DNA of 32,000 nucleotides from Pyrobaculum calidifontis JCM 11548 (GTDB lineage Archaea; Thermoproteota; Thermoprotei; Thermoproteales; Thermoproteaceae). The translations under genes were made by a program, and so were the position numbers. Under the pieces are notes generated by a model. It had not been told where the DNA came from. It was given only the letters and a program-made list of their open reading frames with translations, and made no database searches. Where the stretch lies: NCBI RefSeq assembly GCF_000015805.1, contig NC_009073.1, positions 1,890,001-1,922,000 of the forward strand. Direction: 5' to 3'. Shown piece after piece: positions 1-6,485 of the stretch; the first letter of the stretch is position 1; every line of letters begins with the position of its first letter.

Positions 1-1023
1 TACCTCTCTGTTCACAGACAGCGCCTGGCGGCGGCGCTTGGGGCGGCGTCTCAGCTTGTGAAAATTGGGGGCGCCCTGGCCGTTAGACAGCACCCAACTG
101 TGGAGGCGGTGCTCACAGTCAACGTGCTCATGTCTCTGCCCCAAGCTCTCGCCATTAGAGTCAAGCCGGCGTTTAGGGGTGCTCTCCTCACCTTATTCCG
201 CCTCGTGAGGGGGGCGCCTTTTCAGACTCTGTCTCTGGCTACCACGGCGCTGGGCGGGCTTATGCAGTACGTGGTAGCGGCGGCGGGGGGCGCCGTCATG
301 TTGTACTATGGGTTTGTGCTTTTCCAACTGTCAAAGATGGTATACCCCGCTCTCACCATTGTCCCCTTGATGTACGGCTCGCTCCTCACCGCGGCGGACA
401 AGGAGAGGCGGGCGCTGGTGGACGGCGCCATTATTCTGTTCCTCTATGCGGTCCCCGCCGCGGTTATGCTCAAGGCACCTGAGGCCCTCTTGGCCGTGCT
501 TAGGCCGCAGGAGCTGGGAAACGGTGAGCTCTTGGCCGCGATGCGGCTAAACGCAGTAGCGCTACTCCTCTCGGGGGTTCAGCTTCACGCGTGGAACGTC
601 TTGTTGGGCGTTGAACCGAGGGAGATCCTCACGCTTAGGGATAGGCCGGCCAAGGCCCTCCTCCTCGACATCGCCTTCTTCCCCGCAAATGTGTTGCTGA
701 CCTACGTGGCCGTGTCTAGGCTGGGGGCGGTGGGTCTCGTGGCGGCGAACGCCGCCGCCCTCGCCTACTCCGCCGTGGTTAGGCTCTACTATCTCCCAAT
801 GTGGAAGCCACTCCTCGCGCTGTACCTCTCCCACTTCGCCGCGCTGGGCGCCGCCGTGCTGGTCCCCCCGCTCCCCCTCCAACCCTCTACTAATGTAGCC
901 GTTGCGCTGGCTGTCGCCGCCGCCTATGCGCTGTACCTCGCCGCGCCCGTTGCAACCGTGCTCCTCGCCGCCTCGCCCGTCTACCGCCAGCTGGCCCTAC
1001 GCCTGTTAAATCGCCGACACTAA
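1..1023 (+). CDS. C-terminal part of a polytopic membrane protein, probably a polysaccharide/oligosaccharide flippase (MOP/Wzx-like); the 5' end lies outside the window
   Basis: Frame 1 is open from base 1 (no stop before the ORF-track start at 58) to TAA 1021-1023. The translation is almost entirely Ala/Leu/Val-rich hydrophobic helices. The gene neighbours glycosyltransferase genes. Confidence 0.45.
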   Translation, partial: YLSVHRQRLAAALGAASQLVKIGGALAVRQHPTVEAVLTVNVLMSLPQALAIRVKPAFRGALLTLFRLVRGAPFQTLSLATTALGGLMQYVVAAAGGAVMLYYGFVLFQLSKMVYPALTIVPLMYGSLLTAADKERRALVDGAIILFLYAVPAAVMLKAPEALLAVLRPQELGNGELLAAMRLNAVALLLSGVQLHAWNVLLGVEPREILTLRDRPAKALLLDIAFFPANVLLTYVAVSRLGAVGLVAANAAALAYSAVVRLYYLPMWKPLLALYLSHFAALGAAVLVPPLPLQPSTNVAVALAVAAAYALYLAAPVATVLLAASPVYRQLALRLLNRRH

Positions 1024-2196
1024 GTCGGCCAGCTTTTTGGCAAAGACGTCTAGTGTTAGACCCTTTGCCTTGGCGACGGAGGCGGCGGACGCGGCTTTCC
1101 AGGCCTTGGGGTCTGTGAGGAACTTGGCCAACTGCTCCACTGCCTCCTCAGCGCTTGCGTAGCCCAGCCCGGCCCCCTGGGCCAAGTCGCTCCACGTGCC
1201 TCCGCTTTTGTGGACCACGGGGGGTAGCCCCCTGGCCATGGCCTCGGCCACGGCTATCCCCCAGTGCTCGTTTATCGTGGCGTGGAAGAAGGCCCTGGCC
1301 CTGTCCATGGTGGCGTTTATCTCCCGCCTCGGGGCATTGGGGATTAGGCGGACGGCGTGTGCCACGCCGCTTTTCTCAGCCAGCCTCTTCACCTCCTCCA
1401 TGTAGGCCCTCAGCGTGGGCGTGGCGGCGCCGCCGAAGATGTACAGCATTGCGCCCGGCACCTCTTTCACGAGGCGCGGCGCCACCTCTGTGACGGCCCA
1501 GTGGTAGCGCTTCTCCTGCGAGAAGCGGCCCAGCATAACCACGGCGGGCTCCCTCTCCTCGAAGGGCCTAGGCGACTCCACCACCTCTACGTTGGGCGCA
1601 ATTGGGGGGTTGAGGACGGTTGGCCTCTCCCCATATACCTCCTTGGCCACGTCGGCGGTCCAGCTTGAGTTGGCGAGGACTAGGCTGGCGTAGTGGAAGG
1701 GGTTCTCCCTGGCGTACCTTGGCAACAGCTTGACGTAGATGCGCCAGTAGAGGCTCAGCGGGAAGCGGGAGTAGCGCTCTGTTATGTAGGGATCCTCCCC
1801 ATAGGCCAGGCCGGTGCCCCTGAAGCGGGGGTCTATGAACACCTCGAAGGGGAAGTGTATGTACTCCACCAGGGGCGCCGCGCCGGCGATGGGCTTATAC
1901 GCCACCTCGTCTGTGAAAATGAGCCGCGGCCTGTACTTCTCAACGGCCCTCTTGGCCGGCAACCACACCAGGAGCCTGGCCCAAAGGCCGAAGGCCTTGG
2001 CGCCCACTGGCAGAGTTACGCGGGGGTACTTGGAGATGTCTATGCCGTACCACTCCACGTACTTCCCCGGGTCAAACTTAAACGTGCCGCTGAGCACGGG
2101 CGCCAACCCCGCCTTGTCCAGAGCGTAGGCCGCCGCGGCGCAGACCAACTGGCCCCCGCCGGGGGAGCCCCAGTAGTGGTGTGCCACAAGAGACAT
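1006..2196 (-). CDS. Glycosyltransferase, GT-B fold, family 4 (group 1)
   Basis: 396 aa. The C-terminal signature ...FFHATINEHWGIAVAEAMARGLPPVVHKSGG... is typical of the E-x7-E region of group-1 glycosyltransferases. Its 3' end overlaps the convergent flippase-like gene by 18 nt. Confidence 0.8.
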   Translation of the reverse strand: MSLVAHHYWGSPGGGQLVCAAAAYALDKAGLAPVLSGTFKFDPGKYVEWYGIDISKYPRVTLPVGAKAFGLWARLLVWLPAKRAVEKYRPRLIFTDEVAYKPIAGAAPLVEYIHFPFEVFIDPRFRGTGLAYGEDPYITERYSRFPLSLYWRIYVKLLPRYARENPFHYASLVLANSSWTADVAKEVYGERPTVLNPPIAPNVEVVESPRPFEEREPAVVMLGRFSQEKRYHWAVTEVAPRLVKEVPGAMLYIFGGAATPTLRAYMEEVKRLAEKSGVAHAVRLIPNAPRREINATMDRARAFFHATINEHWGIAVAEAMARGLPPVVHKSGGTWSDLAQGAGLGYASAEEAVEQLAKFLTDPKAWKAASAASVAKAKGLTLDVFAKKLADLVSAI

Positions 2197-2216
2197 GGAA
2201 GCGTCTGTGCGGGGGG

Positions 2217-2974
2217 TTAAAAGGATAGCCCCCAGATGAGAGCTGTGGCGGCGTAGCGGAGGGCTGGGAGCGCGTAGCCCGTCTTCCAGTAGAGCCTGGC
2301 GAGGGCCATGGCGTAGATCTTCCTGCGTATGGCCTTGTGGTGTCCCAGGCGGGGGTAGCTGGAGTGGCCCAAGTGCTTCGTGGCTACTATGAAAGGCACC
2401 TCGGATATGCCCGACTTGTCGTAGACAATGCCGATCGTAATTTCATCTGCCACCACAGAGAGCACGTAGTCGATGGCCCCGACATTGAGCACGGGCTTTT
2501 TAATCCTTATGCCCTGTTTAGGCCCGGCGAAGACGTGCATTACGCGCCCCCACAAGTTCTTCACACTCCAGTAGTACACCTCTACTCCGCCGCGGTTCTC
2601 CCTCCTCACAACCCTGGGATGCTCCCACGGGACATCCGAGAGGTGGTAGAGGGGCAAATCCAGCTTCTCGTCGAGCAAGGGGAAGTCGTGAGGGAGGAGG
2701 TTGTCCGAATCCACCACCAGCCCATCTCCCCCCTCCTCCACGATGAGCCTGAGGAGGCGGAGGACGCACGAGGAGCGGTTCTGTCAATTCCCCGCCAACA
2801 GCTCCGCCTCCACCCCCAAATCCCTCAGTACCCCTCGACAAGTTGCTTCAACTTATCAGACGTGAAGTAATCCACGCACACCACAGCCCTCTCGGCCTGG
2901 ACCACCTCTACATTCTTCTTAAACAGCTCCAGCTCGTAAACTCGATAAAGAGGGAGGTAAGTGGCAATTATCAC
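2217..2974 (-). pseudogene. Family-2 glycosyltransferase disrupted by one frameshift and one in-frame TGA
   Basis: GTG 2974 opens a GT2-like N-terminus (IIATYLPLY...VVCVDYFTSDKLKQLVEGY) that stops at TGA 2827-2825. The reading continues in another frame (VLRDLGVEAELLAGN) and hits TGA at 2786-2784. It then runs through QNRSSCVLRLLRLIVEEGGDGLVVDSDN (DxD motif) to the stop at 2217. The frame change falls at or near the G4 run at 2831-2834. Confidence 0.65.
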
Positions 2975-2992
2975 GCCACCGAGAAGGACGAG

Positions 2993-3004
2993 CTAAATAA
3001 AAAC
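2993..3004 (-). promoter_or_regulatory. TATA box of the disrupted GT2 gene
   Basis: Minus strand GTTTTTATTTAG lies 18 nt upstream of GTG 2974, the spacing seen for nearly all genes in this window. Confidence 0.5.
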
Positions 3005-3064
3005 ATCGATAAGCCCGTCAGGCCGGCGGCCTTTCAAAGCCACCGGCATTGACAAGACTCTATA

Positions 3065-3104
3065 CTCTAAAGGACTTATACGCTGTTTTTATCTGCCTTT
3101 AGAG
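3065..3104. repeat. 9-bp inverted repeat CTCTAAAGG / CCTTTAGAG separated by 22 nt
   Basis: Read directly at 3065-3073 and 3096-3104, in the AT-rich spacer between the protease stop and the GT2 pseudogene promoter. Function unknown (terminator hairpin or operator). Confidence 0.3.
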
Positions 3105-3151
3105 ATTATAGCAGGCTATATACTGTCAAAGGTCCGGCGCTGTGTTCACTG

Positions 3152-3538
3152 CTACATCAGCAACGCCTCTGTGGGCTTGAGTCTTTTTTCCACGGGGTCT
3201 GGGGCTAGGCCCAGCTCCTCCATGGTCACAGAGCCGAGGAGGTAGATGCCCTCCTCGCCGAAGACTACAGGTGTGGCGCTCGCGTAGCGGCCCTTTACCT
3301 CTATCCCCACCTCGCCCAGTGGCCTTTCCACAGTTCTCCCATCTGCAAGCCGCATTGACCTGATGGGCGATATGCCCAGTCTCTCGAACAGAGAGCGCGG
3401 CAACACGGTGTAGGTAGCCCCCGTGTCTACCACCAGCTCAACCACGGCTTCCCTCCTCTTGTCCGCGGGATTCCAGATCCTCGCCCTCGCAGAAAACGTG
3501 CCAACAGAGACAATGGTGCTCCCCAATAAATGTCTCAA
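3152..3538 (-). CDS. Retropepsin-like (clan AA) aspartic protease
   Basis: 128 aa with the catalytic motif VVDTGATYTVLP; the size fits a homodimeric single-domain aspartic protease. The start is a TTG (3538, or 3526), and no TATA box lies at the usual distance. Confidence 0.7.
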   Translation of the reverse strand: MRHLLGSTIVSVGTFSARARIWNPADKRREAVVELVVDTGATYTVLPRSLFERLGISPIRSMRLADGRTVERPLGEVGIEVKGRYASATPVVFGEEGIYLLGSVTMEELGLAPDPVEKRLKPTEALLM

Positions 3539-3685
3539 GCCGGGACGTGCGTAACGCGTATGGACGTGCCGTACTTCCTCGGGAACGATGTCACTACAAC
3601 ACGTAGCGAAGATGAAGTAAGCCTGCGTGATACGCTTGGGTAGCCAACGGTGTGTAATACTAGTGAGCTGTTTATGAGTAGGGTG

Positions 3686-3796
3686 TGGTGGGGCCGCCGG
3701 GATTTGAATTCCCGGGGTCTCCCTCCCGGGGTCACGCGGACCCGAACCGCGCTTCAGGGGGATGTGCCCTATCCTACCAGGCTAGACTACGGCCCC
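3686..3796 (-). tRNA. tRNA-Pro (anticodon CGG) with two non-canonical introns and a genomically encoded CCA
   Basis: Minus strand: GGGGCCG TA GTCT AGCCTGGTA GGAT A [GGGCACATCCCCCTGAAG] CGCGG TTCGGGT CCGCG TGACC CCGGG [AGGGAGACCCCGGGAA] TTCAAAT CCCGG CGGCCCC A CCA. All four stems pair perfectly or with G-U. Removing the 18-nt and 16-nt inserts gives a canonical 74-nt cloverleaf. Confidence 0.85.
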
Positions 3797-3813
3797 CTTG
3801 CCACCTACTTTCC

Positions 3814-3826
3814 GTTTATTTAAGTT
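3814..3826 (-). promoter_or_regulatory. TATA box for tRNA-Pro
   Basis: Minus strand CTTAAATAAA lies 19 nt upstream of tRNA position 1 (3796). Confidence 0.55.
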
Positions 3827-3900
3827 TTTGCGCCCCGCGGGGCCTGCGCCGACGACCACCGCGTCGTAGGGCCGATTCTGTTTGCCAGACGCGCTGGAGA

Positions 3901-3952
3901 GGTCAGAGCCGCTGTATTCGTCACGTGTCCTTAGCGGAAGGATTCATCACCG
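3901..3952 (-). ncRNA. C/D-box sRNA candidate (2'-O-methylation guide)
   Basis: Minus strand: GTGATGA (C box) - 12 nt ATCCTTCCGCTA - AGGA (degenerate D') - CAC - GTGACGA (C') - 11 nt ATACAGCGGCT - CTGA (D) - CC. The box order and 11-12 nt guide spacers match archaeal C/D sRNA architecture. The A-rich TACAAAAA lies about 18 nt upstream. Confidence 0.6.
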
Positions 3953-3960
3953 TTTTTAAC
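3952..3960 (+). promoter_or_regulatory. TATA box of the FAU-1 gene
   Basis: GTTTTTAAC lies 19 nt upstream of GTG 3980. Confidence 0.5.
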
Positions 3961-3979
3961 CTGTTTTTTGTTTTTGTAC

Positions 3980-5326
3980 GTGAAGGTGCGGATCCGCGGG
4001 ATTTTCGCCACGGCGTTGACGAAGTTGGCGTTGGACTGGGGTTTTTCCATTGTCCAGCCTACGGGGAAGATTGTGGAGAGGTTTGACCTGCCTGTGGACA
4101 ACTCGCCGCCTGACGTCACTGTGATTGACCACGAGTCGAAAAGTGGGGTTGTCGTGCTGGGGAAGTGCGGCGCCGTGGAGGCCTTTGTGGAAAGGCTTAG
4201 AGAGGCGGTGGATCCCGTAGTAGTTAAGGCGGATCTGGGCGTACACGACGTGTTTGTGGGCAAAGTTGTGGGCGAGGGGCGCGTGGAAGGGCCGGGGGGC
4301 ATTGTGCTGAGGGTACCACCTCGGTTTGCGCCGACGGTGGGGTCCGTGGGAGTTTTCACCGTGGTGAGGCCGCCTCTCGGCCCAGTGGAGGGCGTGGCCG
4401 TCCCCGACATCATAGTCGAAGGCGACTACGTGGAGCTCAGCACTTCGCCAGGGGTTAGGTTTAGCCGCCACATTCCGGAGGGGGAGCGGGTGAGGCTTAG
4501 GCTCCTCGCCGAGACCAGGCTGGGCTGGCTGGGGGGCCTGGGGGTGAGGTTTAAATCGTCGGCGCGGTTCGCGGAGGATGAGGCCGTTGTTAGAGAGGCG
4601 GAGGCCCTCTACAGAGAGCTGGTGGAGCTGGCTAAGGGGGGAGAGGCGGGTGCTGTGCTTAGGCGTGGGCGGTGTCTGGCGCTGGCGCTGTTCGACAAAG
4701 CGGCGAAGGAGAGGCTGGACGAGGTTAGGAGGTCGGTGGTCCCCACGGCGCGTGGCCACCACGCGCTTAGGGCACAGGGGCTCGGCAAATGCCTCGACCT
4801 ACTCGACTATTTGGGCGTGGAGGCCTATGAGCGGGCGGCCGAGTTTTTGGCTAGGGGGGCTGTGGAGATTTGGCACATAAAGCCCTGGGGAGAGATGGTG
4901 AAGATGCGGGGAGAGGCGGTGGGCGTCTTCGGCGACTGGCTAGTGGTCAAGAGGCCTCTCAGGCCGGGCGGCGTCTTAGACGGGATTGGGGTTAAGATTG
5001 AGAGGGGGTTCTACGCCCTTACCTGTGTGCCTAGGCGGGGGAACTACGTGGTCCACACCTACTACACGCCTGAGGGGAGGGCCGTGGGGACGTACATAAA
5101 CGTCAACTCAGAGCCCGAGTGGGGCAGGCGGATTATATACATCGACCTCCTCGTAGACGTGGCGTACGTCGGCGGCGAGGCCAAGGTGCTGGACCTGGAG
5201 GAGTACAGGAGGTACGAGGACGTCTTCCCGGCGAGGCTTAGGCCTCCCAGCGGGGTCCTGTCCCCGCCAGTGGCCTGCGGAGAAAGGGGGATTATTGAAG
5301 CTCCTCCTCAGTCCGCCTCCTCTTAA
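3980..5326 (+). CDS. fau-1: Probable ribonuclease FAU-1 (RNase E/G-like N-terminus plus C-terminal DUF402-like domain)
   Basis: From GTG 3980 the N-terminus reads (M)KVRIRGIFATALTKLALDWGFSIVQP, the characteristic FAU-1 start. The C-terminal ...YINVNSEPEWGRRIIYIDLLVDV resembles DUF402. The start was moved from the ORF-track 3968 to 3980 on TATA spacing. Confidence 0.7.
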   Translation: MKVRIRGIFATALTKLALDWGFSIVQPTGKIVERFDLPVDNSPPDVTVIDHESKSGVVVLGKCGAVEAFVERLREAVDPVVVKADLGVHDVFVGKVVGEGRVEGPGGIVLRVPPRFAPTVGSVGVFTVVRPPLGPVEGVAVPDIIVEGDYVELSTSPGVRFSRHIPEGERVRLRLLAETRLGWLGGLGVRFKSSARFAEDEAVVREAEALYRELVELAKGGEAGAVLRRGRCLALALFDKAAKERLDEVRRSVVPTARGHHALRAQGLGKCLDLLDYLGVEAYERAAEFLARGAVEIWHIKPWGEMVKMRGEAVGVFGDWLVVKRPLRPGGVLDGIGVKIERGFYALTCVPRRGNYVVHTYYTPEGRAVGTYINVNSEPEWGRRIIYIDLLVDVAYVGGEAKVLDLEEYRRYEDVFPARLRPPSGVLSPPVACGERGIIEAPPQSASS

Positions 5327-5567
5327 CCGCCTGGTCGAAGACTATCCAGTTCCGATACCACTGCTCGTTCACCTTCTTCAGCTCAGTGAGTATGAGCATT
5401 GTCAGCTCCTTTGCCGTGACAGACTCCCGGTCCATGACGGCGCACTCCACCTTCTTCGCTATCTTCCTCGCCACGTCCACGGGGGCGCCCGCCTTCAATA
5501 TGCTCACGACAATTTTCTCAACCACAAACTCCTCCTCTCTCCCATCCCTCTTAATTACCTTGACCAT
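5292..5567 (-). CDS. Stand-alone ATP-cone domain protein
   Basis: 91 aa. MVKVIKRDGREEEFVVEKIVVSILKAG...VTAKELTMLILTELKK is the ATP-cone pattern (as in NrdR/RNR N-termini), with no other domain. Confidence 0.7.
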   Translation of the reverse strand: MVKVIKRDGREEEFVVEKIVVSILKAGAPVDVARKIAKKVECAVMDRESVTAKELTMLILTELKKVNEQWYRNWIVFDQAVKRRRTEEELQ

Positions 5568-5584
5568 ATATCCCCCTGCGCCTG

Positions 5585-5592
5585 TATATAAA
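5585..5592 (-). promoter_or_regulatory. TATA box of the ATP-cone gene
   Basis: Minus strand TTTATATA lies 17 nt upstream of ATG 5567. Confidence 0.5.
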
Positions 5593-5593
5593 T

Positions 5594-6226
5594 CTATACT
5601 TGCGCCAGAGCCCTCACTGGCGCGCCGCTGCCGCCCTTTATCTTCAACGGCAGGCCTATGAAGAGACCAGTCCTCCCAACCACGGCCCCTAGGTTCGTCA
5701 AATTTTCGTATATCAACACCTCGCGGCTCAGCAGAATTTTGTGCACTTCGAAGGGGGCGTGGTCTGGGCTTGGGGCGTCTACTCCAACGGCGTTTACCCC
5801 GAGCTTGGCCAAGTGCTCCGCCAGCTCTGGACTTATGTCGGGGTGCTCAAGCCACTTCTCGCTTCCCGCATACGCGTCGTAGCCCGTCCTTATTAGCACA
5901 GCCCAGCCGGGCCCCAGCTCCACGCCCCGCGGCAGAGACGCCTCGAAGTCCCTAAGCGTCACGGCCCCTCTCGGCGGGAGGTGGGAGAAGTCCAGGGCCA
6001 CGAATCTGGAGATGAACTTGGCCGGGTCTATCTGGTCCACCGTCTTGGCGCCTGGGACAAAGTGCGCGGGGGAGTCCACGTGCGTGGCCACGTGCTCTGG
6101 GGCAAAGAGGACGTTGGAGTAGTAGCCGTGCACGTCGTATTTACTCCACTGCAGGAGAGCCGGCCTTGGATAGCCCGGGAACACCGGCGTGTCTGGACCC
6201 AGGTACTGTGTCAAATCTATGTACAT
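5594..6226 (-). CDS. Cyclase-family protein / kynurenine-formamidase-like metal hydrolase
   Basis: 210 aa with the H-x-x-T-H-x-D-x-P-x-H type motif (EHVATHVDSPAHF) typical of the putative cyclase family. Confidence 0.65.
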   Translation of the reverse strand: MYIDLTQYLGPDTPVFPGYPRPALLQWSKYDVHGYYSNVLFAPEHVATHVDSPAHFVPGAKTVDQIDPAKFISRFVALDFSHLPPRGAVTLRDFEASLPRGVELGPGWAVLIRTGYDAYAGSEKWLEHPDISPELAEHLAKLGVNAVGVDAPSPDHAPFEVHKILLSREVLIYENLTNLGAVVGRTGLFIGLPLKIKGGSGAPVRALAQV

Positions 6227-6245
6227 GGGAAGTAGAACTTTTCCA

Positions 6246-6254
6246 TATTTAAAT
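6246..6254 (-). promoter_or_regulatory. TATA box of the cyclase-family gene
   Basis: Minus strand ATTTAAATA lies 19 nt upstream of ATG 6226. Confidence 0.5.
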
Positions 6255-6306
6255 TATAAGTGTATTACCACGTCACTGTTATAACTATGTACCATTGTAG
6301 AGACAA

Positions 6307-6443
6307 CCCACGGCCTTCAGCCGCCCCCGGGCCCACTCCCCGGGCCTCCCCCGGGGGGCGCGGGGATAAGCCGGCGGCGCTGGACGGGTTCGCCCCGCCT
6401 GGCGCTGTCGGCGAAATCGGCGCCGACGGCTGAGGGCCGTGGG
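6307..6443 (+). ncRNA. Unidentified, highly GC-rich structured element (candidate novel ncRNA; MITE not excluded); strand tentative
   Basis: A 137-nt G/C-dominated island sits between AT-rich flanks. Its ends form a 17-bp helix (CCCACGGCCTTCAGCCG / CGGCTGAGGGCCGTGGG). Internal hairpins include GGG-TTCG-CCC (6386-6395) and TCGGCG-AAATCGG-CGCCGA (6408-6426). The one non-Watson-Crick pair in the closing helix is G-U on the + strand and C-A on the - strand. A TATA-like TTATAACT lies 20 nt upstream and a T-rich tract lies downstream on +. Confidence 0.4.
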
Positions 6444-6460
6444 TCTTCTCTCTTCACTGT

Positions 6461-6467
6461 TTTAAAG
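6461..6467 (+). promoter_or_regulatory. TATA box of the GT2 gene at 6486
   Basis: TTTAAAG lies 18 nt upstream of GTG 6486. Confidence 0.5.
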
Positions 6468-6485
6468 TGGCACAAGTGGATAGGC

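Noticed and set aside
2784-2786. In-frame TGA in the GT2 gene as selenocysteine or programmed read-through
   Set aside because: It is accompanied by a separate frameshift 45 nt upstream and has no SECIS-like context. Decay is the simpler explanation.
3540-3685. C/D-like boxes (AGATGAAG, GTGATAC, CTGT) on the + strand between the protease gene and tRNA-Pro
   Set aside because: The boxes are degenerate, and their order and spacing do not fit C-D'-C'-D architecture.
3755-3770. Reading tRNA at 3686-3796 as tRNA-Phe (CTGAAG looks like a GAA anticodon loop)
   Set aside because: No 5-bp stem flanks that loop. The adjacent CGCGG-TTCGGGT-CCGCG forms a perfect anticodon arm (CGG, Pro), and the CTGAAG falls inside the first intron.
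3956-4762. Long antisense ORFs inside fau-1 (268 aa and 160 aa), with similar antisense or alternate-frame ORFs inside nuoD (8718-9503), nuoL, nuoN and the OFOR genes
   Set aside because: These are typical GC-rich shadow ORFs. Their translations are Arg/Pro/Gly-rich and low-complexity, and the opposite or alternate frame carries strong family motifs.
6307-6443. 5S rRNA, RNase P RNA or SRP RNA identity for the GC-rich element
   Set aside because: The minus strand has CGAACCCG and CCGGCTTATC, which resemble 5S loop-C and RNase P CR-V fragments. However, the uninterrupted 17-18 bp closing helix leaves no 5S three-way junction. There is no GAAAGUCC-type CR-I or ACAGAA next to GGCUUA, and no SRP helix-8 GGAA...AGCA motif. 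At 137 nt it is also too short for RNase P or SRP RNA.
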